From assembly GCA_942491935.1 (NCBI GenBank), contig CALOCZ010000028.1, positions 95,719 to 159,718 of the forward strand: a DNA stretch of 64,000 nucleotides. The letters run 5' to 3'. This DNA comes from an uncultured Cytophagales bacterium (GTDB taxonomy: Bacteria; Bacteroidota; Bacteroidia; Cytophagales; Cyclobacteriaceae). The translations under genes and the position numbers were made by a program. The notes under the pieces are model-generated. The model saw only the letters and a program-made list of their open reading frames with translations, ran no database searches and was not told where the DNA came from. Shown here piece by piece: positions 29,226-38,555 of this stretch; position 1 is the first letter of the stretch; every line of letters begins with the position of its first letter.

Positions 29226-30728
29226 TTAATACAGGTATCTGTGACAATCAGCACACAGATCTTCATCCCATCCTTCTTCGAGTTCTTTTGGATGCACAAA
29301 GTCCAGTGCATCGTTTAATCCGGCTACCATTTCTTCTCCTACTTTTCCTTGTAATATAATGGTATGGCAGATATTACAATCCTTTCGGATCACCTGGCCA
29401 GATTCACTTACATGGTTGTCGTCATGGCAGCGGAAGCATCCATTATACGTTTTATGTCCAATATGATCCGTATAGGCATCCCAGCTGACCTGCATTTCCG
29501 GGAATATGTTTTCGGAGAAACCATCTATGATGCCTGCGATTGCCTGGTTGATATCGTCTATCCTGGATTCATAGACCTCCGGCATTTCTTCCTTATAAAA
29601 ATTAAGTATGGAATTTTCTATGGTCATTAAAGCCGTATCGGTATGATCGAAAGGATCAACAAATATGTCCATCGCAATCTTTTTAATATAGGGAAGATCT
29701 TTTGGAACTTTTCCGGCAGTAATGGCGTCATCCACAAACTCCATTGGCGTATAATAGTGGTGTGACGGCCGGGTATGACAATCCATACAGTCCATTTCTC
29801 TGGAAACCGCAGCTGCCATTTTTTCCTCACTTAGCATATTATCCTCATCTATATATATGATCTCTTCATTTGTTTCCCTGTTGGTATATCTTACCCATGG
29901 AATGTCCTGTCTATTATCTCTTTTTGGGATATATTCGATTTTAACATTAGGATTGATATGCCAGTGAATTCCTTCGGAAAGTCCTTGGGCACTGTGAGAT
30001 GGCCCGGTCTTCATTTGAAGGCCGATATTCCATTCGGTATTCACGCTATCTGTCAAATAATGCTTTTCATTGATAAGTTGCCGTGCATAAAATTTTTCTG
30101 GCCAGTGACATTTTTCACAAGTTTCACGGGCAGGCCGCAAATCATGAATCGGTGTTTCGATTGGTCTTGAAAAATCATTGGTAAGCACTGCATAAACCTG
30201 TCTTAAACCCGAAAGCTTGGACCGCATATACCAATTGGCTCCGGAGCCGACATGGCATTCCACGCAAGCAACTCTGGCATGAGGAGAATTGCTATATGCT
30301 ACATGCTCCGGTTTCATAACTTCATGACAAACAGTTCCACAGAATTCAACTGATTCAGTATAATGAAATGCTTCATAGCTTCCTAAAGCCGTAAGAAAAA
30401 TAAAAAAAACAGTACCCACTCCAAATATCATGATTGCATTTCGGTACCGGGAAACATTGAGGTCTATTACAGGCCATCCTTTAGCTATATATTCTAATTC
30501 ACGTTTTTTTCGACGTTTTACTTCTGCCATCATTCCAATAGGTATTAAGATTAACCCAATGATTAAGAAGACAGGTAAAATAATAAAAGTGAATAAGCCG
30601 AGATATGAACTAGTGTCTGCAAATAAAAATCCAACAAGAGTAAATAATACTATAAAAGACAGGCTTATAACTGCTAACGCTGTTCCTACAAAGGAAAGCA
30701 TATTGTAATAGGACTTAGGTAATTTCAT
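29226..30728 (-). CDS. heptahaem membrane-anchored c-type cytochrome, NapC/NirT-like N-terminal module
   Basis: 500 aa with three N-terminal TM helices. Seven CXXCH motifs: CGTVCH, CVECH, CEKCH, CMDCH, CFRCH, CNICH, CADCH. Confidence 0.8.
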   Translation of the reverse strand: MKLPKSYYNMLSFVGTALAVISLSFIVLFTLVGFLFADTSSYLGLFTFIILPVFLIIGLILIPIGMMAEVKRRKKRELEYIAKGWPVIDLNVSRYRNAIMIFGVGTVFFIFLTALGSYEAFHYTESVEFCGTVCHEVMKPEHVAYSNSPHARVACVECHVGSGANWYMRSKLSGLRQVYAVLTNDFSRPIETPIHDLRPARETCEKCHWPEKFYARQLINEKHYLTDSVNTEWNIGLQMKTGPSHSAQGLSEGIHWHINPNVKIEYIPKRDNRQDIPWVRYTNRETNEEIIYIDEDNMLSEEKMAAAVSREMDCMDCHTRPSHHYYTPMEFVDDAITAGKVPKDLPYIKKIAMDIFVDPFDHTDTALMTIENSILNFYKEEMPEVYESRIDDINQAIAGIIDGFSENIFPEMQVSWDAYTDHIGHKTYNGCFRCHDDNHVSESGQVIRKDCNICHTIILQGKVGEEMVAGLNDALDFVHPKELEEGWDEDLCADCHRYLY

Positions 30729-30967
30729 AATATCAAAAAATTAATATTAAATGTTGAAGTAAAATTACAAATAAAAAAAAGTCAGTATTGATTTTAACTC
30801 GTTGATTTATATCTAATATGGAGTGATATATGTCATAAAAATTCACATATAACATAAAATAAATGGACATCTATAATATTCAAAAAATACAAATAAAATT
30901 AACCTGATGTTAATTAATGATGCAGATGAAACTAAAGCTCATGTTATCATGACAACCTAAAAGGGAA

Positions 30968-32665
30968 TTATCCTTCCGGAGAAGATTTCTTTTTAATCCT
31001 TTTAGTATAATATAAGGTTAATCCAATAGTTATGGCTGCAAATGCCAGAAATGCAATAACTTTATATCCAGCATCCATTTTAGCCATATCAACGAAAAGT
31101 AAATGTCCTCCTGTAAAGATTAAAGTCATAAAGGCCATCCAGCGGTATTTTATATTTTTGAGAACAATACTTAAAACTAGATATATGATAGCTACTCCCG
31201 TCCAGGCCAGGGTAACATATTGAGTTGGAAAAGCATGGCTAAGCCCATATAACACCATAAAAAAAGCCGAGATCAGATAAATATTCCTGTAAATTTCAGT
31301 TTTTAAGGTCAATCTGTCTTTTTTCCAGTTTAATATTCTGGCGGTTGACAGCGCTACAATTACAAAAATAAAATTAATGCTATCCATTGATGGTGAGCTT
31401 ATCAGATAGACGATCAGTATAATTACGTATAATAGGGTATTGACTACAACAATTATTCTGGATCTGAACCAGAGTGCCATGGAGACAACGATCAGACTTT
31501 GCAAAGCGAGCCAATAGTATGAATCCGGAAGACCTGCAAATCCATATATCGATACACTTAAAGCCATAAACCCAAAGCAGGCATAGAAAGCCGGGGCAAA
31601 TAGTCTCGCGTTACGGTATTTGAGGTAAACAGAAAAAACCAAACATATAAGTGCGATAGGGGCAAAAATTACAGAATAATTCTCTTTAAAGAATAGAAAG
31701 GTTAAAAGAAAAATGAGCAATGAAAAATTCATGGCATTCAGGATAGAAATTAGTCCAAGTACATTGTCGGAGATTTTATCCTTCTTTGATATGATTATGG
31801 TCGATGAATATATTAATCCATATATGAATAAAAATATGATATTGTATTGATGTGATTCTACAAATTTCATAGTATGTCCCATAAATGGATTACCTAATAA
31901 CCACACTAAATGGCTTACATAAACAAGAAACATGATAGTGATCAATTGACGCCACCAGGAAAATTTTATGAAATAGATTAAGGATAATCCGGCTGCTATA
32001 GCGACAAAAGAAAGTGTGATATATGTGGAATCGGTGATGATCCCTGAAATTAAAATTAATAAGGAGGATAAAAATGCAAGGAACTCGGATTGGCGCCGAA
32101 AAGTATACCATACAATAGCCCCCAGGGAAATTGATAATAGGAATATGGATAGAAATTCGCTGTTTATGAGTGGTTCAGTAGAGAAAAAATGTAATCTTAA
32201 AGTCACTATATATACAAGTAGCAAGCCACTGGTATTTAGAAATTTTATTATATGAGATAATGAATTTCTTAATAGATAGGTAAATATAAAAAGGCTTGTA
32301 GCTGCCAGATAACCTGTAAATGCTGCAAGAACAGGATATCCAATATTTCTGACATAGGACATTAAAAATATGATCCCGAATATAAATACAATAGTACTGA
32401 GCCAGGAAAGTCCATATTCAACCAGATTAGATTCAATGGATGAATCTTTGTGATTCTTAATTCCGATTTCTCGATCATTTTCATCATCCTCTCTTTCAGA
32501 GGCTCCGCGTGCTGAAACATAACTTAGTTTAGCTTCGATCATGGATATTCTGGATTCCAGATTATTTAGTTTTTCAAGGATCTGCTTACTGTTAACTTCA
32601 TCGTGATTTTGTGAACCGGTCATGATTGATCTCCTTTCATTAATGGGGTTGGCCATGAAAAACAC
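30968..32665 (-). CDS. large polytopic membrane protein (DUF2339-like)
   Basis: 565 aa. N-terminal coiled-coil-like segment (ILEKLNNLESRISMIEAKL) followed by more than 12 TM helices. The family call is tentative. Confidence 0.45.
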   Translation of the reverse strand: MFFMANPINERRSIMTGSQNHDEVNSKQILEKLNNLESRISMIEAKLSYVSARGASEREDDENDREIGIKNHKDSSIESNLVEYGLSWLSTIVFIFGIIFLMSYVRNIGYPVLAAFTGYLAATSLFIFTYLLRNSLSHIIKFLNTSGLLLVYIVTLRLHFFSTEPLINSEFLSIFLLSISLGAIVWYTFRRQSEFLAFLSSLLILISGIITDSTYITLSFVAIAAGLSLIYFIKFSWWRQLITIMFLVYVSHLVWLLGNPFMGHTMKFVESHQYNIIFLFIYGLIYSSTIIISKKDKISDNVLGLISILNAMNFSLLIFLLTFLFFKENYSVIFAPIALICLVFSVYLKYRNARLFAPAFYACFGFMALSVSIYGFAGLPDSYYWLALQSLIVVSMALWFRSRIIVVVNTLLYVIILIVYLISSPSMDSINFIFVIVALSTARILNWKKDRLTLKTEIYRNIYLISAFFMVLYGLSHAFPTQYVTLAWTGVAIIYLVLSIVLKNIKYRWMAFMTLIFTGGHLLFVDMAKMDAGYKVIAFLAFAAITIGLTLYYTKRIKKKSSPEG

Positions 32666-33199
32666 ATGTTTTTAATGGAATAATATAAAGGATGGGATTG
32701 CTTGAAAATTTTTGCTACCAATCCTGAATTAATTTAGAAATAATTTTCATAAAAATCTAATTAAATTTCCTATATATATGTTTTTGAAATTAATAGAGTT
32801 ATATAAAATATACCAAATGTTGCACCCTCAGCGAATTCCTAAAAACCTCAAACCAATTAGCATAAATATCATTGTCATCACTTTAGGACTTATGCTTAGT
32901 AATAATGTATTCTATTGAGAAATTACTATTTCCAATGTGTTGCATTAACTTTTATTTACATTGGTTTTGCGGATAGCTTCTAACTTTATATTAATATATG
33001 AAAAATGCCAAATATTCTAAAAGTATTTTTAGCAATTATTGGTTTATATTGAAATTATAGCCTCTTTTTCAATAAAAATTGTTTGAAATTCCTAACTAAA
33101 TTTCATACATTTATTTAGAGTAGTTTTTATTTTGGAATTATCTTAATTATCTCAAAATAAGCCTTAGAGTATTTTTTTATTATACTAAAGAATCATCCT

Positions 33200-34171
33200 A
33201 TGAATTCTAGAAAAATCAAAAAGGGACCCTCCAGAAGGAAATTCCTCAAAAACGGATTATCGATTGGGATGGGAGCCGCTGCTTCCACAGGCGTATTTTC
33301 TTCATGTTCGAAAAATGAAGAATCAGAATCTGGTGAAAAAGTGCGCGTAATGACCACTGAAGGTAAGTTGGTTGAAGTTGATGCTTCCCAAATCCATGAA
33401 TCTGTCCATGTTGTTACGAACCAAGAAGCTCGTAAAGGGGATCCGAACCGCGAGTATGTTATGGTGATCGATCTGGCCAAATGCAGGAATGCCCGAAAAT
33501 GTGTAGATGTTTGTCAGCGCATGCACAACCTTCCACTTGAGGATGAATGGATAAAGATATTTTACATGAAGGATAGTGAAGATACTGCTCCTTACTGGTT
33601 TCCTAAACCATGTTTCCATTGTAATAGTCCATCTTGTGTCAATGTATGTCCGGTAGGGGCCACTTTTAAGCGGCAGGATGGTCTTGTTTTGATTGATAAC
33701 GAAAGATGCATTGGCTGCAAATTCTGCATGGCGGCCTGTCCCTATTCCTCCCGTGTGTTTAACTGGAAAGAACCTGAATATGATGAAGATATTAAAGATC
33801 ATCACGGGGCCATTGAAACGGGGATACCTCAAAAGGTGGGCACGGTTGGTAAATGCGATTTCTGTCCGGATATGGCCCGGATGGGGAAGCTGCCTGGTTG
33901 TATAGACGCTTGTCCAAATGGCGTGCTTTATTACGGGGATAAAAATGAAGATTTGATTACCAATGGAACAGAAACCGTCAGATTCAGTCAGATTATATAC
34001 GAAAGGGCGGGTTATAGGTATATGGAAGAATTGGGTACCCGGCCCAGTGTTTATTATCTTCCTCCAGTAAACAGAAGTTTTGATCCTGAGATAGGATTTA
34101 AAGACTTGCCTGATGAGATCCGGCAAAGATATGATGTGAGTCGATCAGAAATTAAAAAGGAAACAAGATGA
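33200..34171 (+). CDS. Tat-exported 4Fe-4S ferredoxin-type subunit (NrfC/PsrB/HybA family)
   Basis: Twin-arginine leader SRRKFLK. Cys motifs CX5CX3C, CFHCNSPSCVNVCP, CIGCKFCMAACP and CDFC...CIDACP. Confidence 0.85.
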   Translation: MNSRKIKKGPSRRKFLKNGLSIGMGAAASTGVFSSCSKNEESESGEKVRVMTTEGKLVEVDASQIHESVHVVTNQEARKGDPNREYVMVIDLAKCRNARKCVDVCQRMHNLPLEDEWIKIFYMKDSEDTAPYWFPKPCFHCNSPSCVNVCPVGATFKRQDGLVLIDNERCIGCKFCMAACPYSSRVFNWKEPEYDEDIKDHHGAIETGIPQKVGTVGKCDFCPDMARMGKLPGCIDACPNGVLYYGDKNEDLITNGTETVRFSQIIYERAGYRYMEELGTRPSVYYLPPVNRSFDPEIGFKDLPDEIRQRYDVSRSEIKKETR

Positions 34172-35490
34172 AAATAGATTCTGCGACAGTCAATGCATTA
34201 AAGAGATATGCACCCCAATTAGAAACCGCATCTTTGTTCGAAAAGATTTTATTCTGGATCATGGTCGTATTCGTACTTGCCGGATTTCCAGCTTTATATA
34301 TCCAGCATGTTGAAGGGCATTATGTGACGGGCATGAGAGACAATGTATTCTGGGGTGTTTATATAGTAAACTTCATTTTTTATATAGGGATAAGTTATGC
34401 CGGTGCCTTGATATCCGGCATATTGTATTTGTTAAAAGTAGAATGGAGAAAACCAATTATCCGGATAGCTGAAATGATCACAGTCATTTCCACTATTTTA
34501 GGGCCGATCTATATATTATTATGTATGGGTCGTCTGGATAGACTTCATCACCTGGTATTGTATGGACGGATCCAATCACCGATCACATGGGATGTAATAG
34601 CCATTACTACCTATTTGGTAGGAAGTATTATTTTTCTATACCTGGCGACTATTCAGGATTTTGCCATTTTAAGAGATTATGACGGTTTAAAAGTCGGAAA
34701 ATGGAGAAAACCCCTGTATAAATTTTTTGCAGTTTCCTATCAGGATACGCCCAGACAGCGCAATCTGATCCACAGAGGGATGACCATTATGTCAATAATA
34801 ATTATTCCATTGGCAGTAATTGTTCACTCTGTTCTGTCATGGATATTTGGGATGACCCTTCGACCGGGCTGGCATAGCACAATATTTGCCCCTTATTTTG
34901 TAGTAGCGGCTGTTTTTTCAGGAACAGGTGTATTAATTGTAGCCATGTGGGTATATCGAAAATTATACCATCTGGAAGATATTATTGTTGAAAAGCATTT
35001 CAAGTACCTGGGTATAATTTTATTGGTATTGGGGGCATTGTATGGATATTTTACATTCGCGGAATATTTAACCAATTGGTATGGTTCTGAAAAATGGGAA
35101 CTTGAACTCATATATAAATTATTTAATTTGAATGAATTTGGATGGATGTTTATATTCGCCGCTTTTGTGGGAGTATTGCTGCCCATAATTATTATTGCCG
35201 TTCCTTCATTCAGATCTATAAACAGTATCTCATTCGCCTCACTTATCGTAGTATTGGCAATGTGGGTAAAAAGATATATAATTATTATCCCTACACTTGA
35301 AACCCCTTTGCTCCCCATGCAGGAATCACGCATTGAATATGTTCAGTATTCGATGACATGGATTGAATGGGTATTAACTCTTTCCGGATTAGCTGTATTC
35401 TGTTTGTTTTTCTATTTGTATTCAAAATTTGTTCCAATTATACCCTTGGCCGAATCTGCATCTTTTGAATCAAATGAATCCGAAACATGA
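34168..35490 (+). CDS. NrfD/PsrC-family integral membrane quinone-interacting subunit
   Basis: 440 aa with about 10 TM helices. The start overlaps the stop of the Fe-S subunit gene (ATGA). Confidence 0.8.
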   Translation: MKIDSATVNALKRYAPQLETASLFEKILFWIMVVFVLAGFPALYIQHVEGHYVTGMRDNVFWGVYIVNFIFYIGISYAGALISGILYLLKVEWRKPIIRIAEMITVISTILGPIYILLCMGRLDRLHHLVLYGRIQSPITWDVIAITTYLVGSIIFLYLATIQDFAILRDYDGLKVGKWRKPLYKFFAVSYQDTPRQRNLIHRGMTIMSIIIIPLAVIVHSVLSWIFGMTLRPGWHSTIFAPYFVVAAVFSGTGVLIVAMWVYRKLYHLEDIIVEKHFKYLGIILLVLGALYGYFTFAEYLTNWYGSEKWELELIYKLFNLNEFGWMFIFAAFVGVLLPIIIIAVPSFRSINSISFASLIVVLAMWVKRYIIIIPTLETPLLPMQESRIEYVQYSMTWIEWVLTLSGLAVFCLFFYLYSKFVPIIPLAESASFESNESET

Positions 35491-35547
35491 AATGTTCCGA
35501 ATAATGATATTATCAGAATTATTAAGTGGATCATAAATAATTGAAAA

Positions 35548-36444
35548 ATGAAATATTTTATAGATACTAAAAATTTAAAAAGTGTTGTTCTACATCTGAC
35601 TTTACTAATATTTCTCCTTAATGGAAAATATACATTTGCCCAGGAAGATACGCCATTGAGAACCTACTTGGATATTATGTGCTATCAAAAAAGTACAGGT
35701 AAGGATTTGAAAGCCAGTGTAAGGGCAAGGACCGGTGAAAACCAAAAGATCATGCCTGTACCGGGTCTCCCGATCGATTTTTATACCTTCAATGATTCTG
35801 CAGAGGTCCTGTTGGGCAAGGTAGTATCAGATCAGAATGGAGAATCAGCATTTACAATAACTGAAGGTATTGATCTTCTTTTGAATAATGAAAATGGATA
35901 TAGTTTCAAGGCATCTTTTAATGGTAATGAGAACTTTAAAAAGGCGTCGAAAGAACTTTCAATAATGGAGGTTGACATTGAGATCACCTTCATGGAAGTA
36001 GATTCTGTTAAAGTTATTTCAGCTAAAGCCTACGAGATAGATCAATCCTCATCTGAAAAGATACCTTTGGATGGTATTGATCTTTCTTTTTACGTTCCGG
36101 GCTCCTTTAGCCTTTATAAAATTGGTGATGTTGAATTAAAAGATGGAGTTGGTGAGGTGGAATTCCCGGTTACCTTACCTGGTGATTCCGAAGGGAATCT
36201 GACCATAATAGCGAGAATTGAAGATAGCGATGATTATGGCTTTGTAGAAAGTTCTGCGAAAAAGGATTGGGGCAGGGTTCGTGAACCTGTTGTCCTGGAG
36301 GAAAGAAGAGGATTAGGCGATACAGATGCTCCGTTATGGATGACTTATACATTAATAGTTCTTTTAACAGCCGTTTGGATTCACTATCTCTATATTTTTG
36401 TGGTTATTTACTTGATTAAAAAGGATAGTAAGACGGCAAGTTAG
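35548..36444 (+). CDS. secreted beta-sandwich-like protein with C-terminal TM anchor, unknown function
   Basis: 298 aa with a signal peptide ending FAQ. Two similar about 100-aa beta-rich segments and a C-terminal helix LWMTYTLIVLLTAVWIHYLYIFVVIYLI. Confidence 0.5.
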   Translation: MKYFIDTKNLKSVVLHLTLLIFLLNGKYTFAQEDTPLRTYLDIMCYQKSTGKDLKASVRARTGENQKIMPVPGLPIDFYTFNDSAEVLLGKVVSDQNGESAFTITEGIDLLLNNENGYSFKASFNGNENFKKASKELSIMEVDIEITFMEVDSVKVISAKAYEIDQSSSEKIPLDGIDLSFYVPGSFSLYKIGDVELKDGVGEVEFPVTLPGDSEGNLTIIARIEDSDDYGFVESSAKKDWGRVREPVVLEERRGLGDTDAPLWMTYTLIVLLTAVWIHYLYIFVVIYLIKKDSKTAS

Positions 36445-36937
36445 TGCACACTTCTATATTGGCATTCTTTTATATTACTCTTAATAAAAAACAAATACGA
36501 TCATAATTTCTTAATGGCGAAGGGATATTCTTATTCCTATCCAAATCCGAAGGCTGATTAGCTGATCTCTACATGTGCATTGTTATCAATTAATGGACTT
36601 TAGGCTTTCAGATAGACAGCATAAGAATCAGGATCAGATGTAAAAAACTACAAAAAGCATATACATTTATTATAGACCAGTATTTCCGAAAGCCAGCTTC
36701 TCGCTCAAATACAGGATATACTAAGGAAATAGGTTATAATCTGGCGATCTGGTATTTTTCTTCATTAAATATCACTTAAAATCAAACCAGGCTTAATGGT
36801 AGCCAATCAATATATATTAAGAATTGGGTTGCCGGCACTTTATATTATAAGGAATGTTTTCAACCTGTTATTTGACGGGAAGAACCAGAGTTGGTTGAAA
36901 CTGAAATTCGTGACAAGGGCTTATTTAATGTAAAGTC

Positions 36938-36969
36938 AAAAAAAAATCCCGCTCTGGCGGGATTTTTTT
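36938..36969 (-). terminator. Rho-independent terminator (bidirectional shape)
   Basis: A9 run, stem ATCCCGC (36946-36952), loop TCTG, stem GCGGGAT (36957-36963), then T7. It lies 19 nt beyond the stop of the minus-strand cytochrome gene. Confidence 0.7.
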
Positions 36970-36987
36970 AGATTATTTTTAGTCTTA

Positions 36988-38172
36988 TCAGAGAGCAGCT
37001 CCTTCCATTACTTCGATTGAATTTTCGAGCAACGCTTTATAATAAGCCGGGTTATGTACACCTTCGCTTCGGTCTTCTTCGAGACCAATCCAGTTAAAGA
37101 AGGCCTGAGCAAATTCAACAGGATGCAATCCAACAATTGGTTCATATCCTTCCGGTGTGACCACCAGTTCAATTACTCCTGTTTCAGGATTCAACTCGTA
37201 ATGCTCTTCTTCTACAAATTCAAGAACACCTTCTGCTACCAACAGATCCCTTAGCTCTTCAAGGAGTGCTGCAGTTTCTGTCTGAACATTGTTTAAATTG
37301 AAATCAGTTGCACCACCATCATGGCATTCAGCCACATTACATCCATCTAATGCAGGATTCCAGGTATGTCCACCGGCTCCATTGCCATAATCTGCCATAT
37401 GACAACCTGTACATCTGCCAAAGTCTGCATCATTATGACTAGCTGATTCTGCTGCAGGATAATTAAATGCTCCTTCAATTTCAGCAAAGCCTACGCCCAC
37501 CATTACATTGGATTGAGCACCATGATGTGGTCCATAATGTGTACTGTTGATAAAGAAATAACCATCAGGTACTTCAGTTTCATCTATATCATCATCGTCA
37601 AGGTCAACCATTTCGCCGCCCATGTCATATGGACCTGACCTTCTTGACTGGTGACAGTTCGCACATAGATTGCTGTTGCCAAGGTCATAGGTTGTGGCTG
37701 TTGAATCAAAGATAAAGTTAATAGGATCAGCAAGCCTCAGGGCATAGTCTGTCTGCTCAAAGGTTTCATGGATCGAGTGACATGTTTTGCACTCCCAGGC
37801 ACTTGGCGCAGAAATGTTTTCCTCAACCTCACCTGTCCGTGCAAATTCAATGAATCCTTCGCTTGAGTGACATTGTGCACACCCTGAACGTCCTCCTGCA
37901 TAGTCAACAGCTATCTGTCCGGCAGCGTGAACTGATTGATTAAACTGCTCTAAAATAATTTGTGGTGTTTCAGCTGAGTGACATTGTAAGCATGATACAT
38001 TGCCATCCACACCATCTGTACCATCCGTACCATCCACACCATCTACACCGTCCGTACCATTAGCACCAGCTGGTCCTGCTGGCCCTTCGGGACCTTCGCA
38101 GCCTGACATGAAGGCCAATCCAATCACAAAACTGGCTGCGATTAAACAATTCAAAAAAATTCGCTTTCTCAT
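36988..38172 (-). CDS. multihaem c-type cytochrome lipoprotein with N-terminal collagen-like GXY stalk
   Basis: 394 aa with lipobox FMSGC. Ten consecutive G-X-Y triplets. Five CXXCH motifs (CLQCH, CAQCH, CKTCH, CANCH, CTGCH) plus CNVAECH (CX4CH). Confidence 0.8.
   Translation of the reverse strand: MRKRIFLNCLIAASFVIGLAFMSGCEGPEGPAGPAGANGTDGVDGVDGTDGTDGVDGNVSCLQCHSAETPQIILEQFNQSVHAAGQIAVDYAGGRSGCAQCHSSEGFIEFARTGEVEENISAPSAWECKTCHSIHETFEQTDYALRLADPINFIFDSTATTYDLGNSNLCANCHQSRRSGPYDMGGEMVDLDDDDIDETEVPDGYFFINSTHYGPHHGAQSNVMVGVGFAEIEGAFNYPAAESASHNDADFGRCTGCHMADYGNGAGGHTWNPALDGCNVAECHDGGATDFNLNNVQTETAALLEELRDLLVAEGVLEFVEEEHYELNPETGVIELVVTPEGYEPIVGLHPVEFAQAFFNWIGLEEDRSEGVHNPAYYKALLENSIEVMEGAAL
38002..38094 (-). 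repeat. coding triplet-periodic repeat (collagen-like GPE GPA GPA GAN GTD GVD GVD GTD GTD GVD G)
   Basis: Residues G27-G57 of the cytochrome lipoprotein. At DNA level there are reiterated GGTACNGATGG/GGTGTGGATGG units. Confidence 0.85.
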
Positions 38173-38322
38173 AATTTTTATTATTTGTTAATTAAAAAGT
38201 TCTTTAAGAATTACATTATAATTTTTCCAGTATAAAGCTACCACTGTCCCTTATTTCAGGCAATGTTTAAGGTATGATCTTATGGTCTTTTTGAGATGAA
38301 TCTTTCAGCTTTTTCCTGGGGA

Positions 38323-38368
38323 CTATATCAAAAAAAAGGTGACATAGATTATCTTTTTTTTGATATAG
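38323..38368. promoter_or_regulatory. perfect 16-bp inverted repeat in the divergent cytochrome promoter region
   Basis: CTATATCAAAAAAAAG (38323-38338), a 14-nt spacer, then CTTTTTTTTGATATAG (38353-38368). It lies between the divergently transcribed genes starting at 38172 (-) and 38556 (+). Confidence 0.35.
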
Positions 38369-38555
38369 CCCATTGTTAAACTGAAAAACAAAATTTTCTT
38401 AGATGAATAATATCATGACGATGCACTTCAATATAATTTCCTAAAGGAATATTTTTGTTTATGTCCAATCAGGGTTGATAAATGGCCTAAACCGGCCAAT
38501 AAGGACCGTAATTGTACATTTAAAATATCAGGAAATTTAATTCAAAATTAAAATC

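Noticed and set aside
33323-34126. 267-aa ORF antisense to the NrfC-like gene. Similar long antisense ORFs occur at 5707-6330, 6344-6886 and 9635-10021.
   Set aside because: These are shadow ORFs. The sense strands carry unmistakable domain signatures (Fe-S motifs, Gdh motifs), while the antisense translations are low-complexity with no motifs.
38002-38094. Short periodic DNA repeat that could be mistaken for a CRISPR-like or VNTR array.
   Set aside because: The period is 9 nt with no spacers, and it lies in frame inside a CDS encoding GXY triplets. It is a coding collagen-like repeat, not a CRISPR array.
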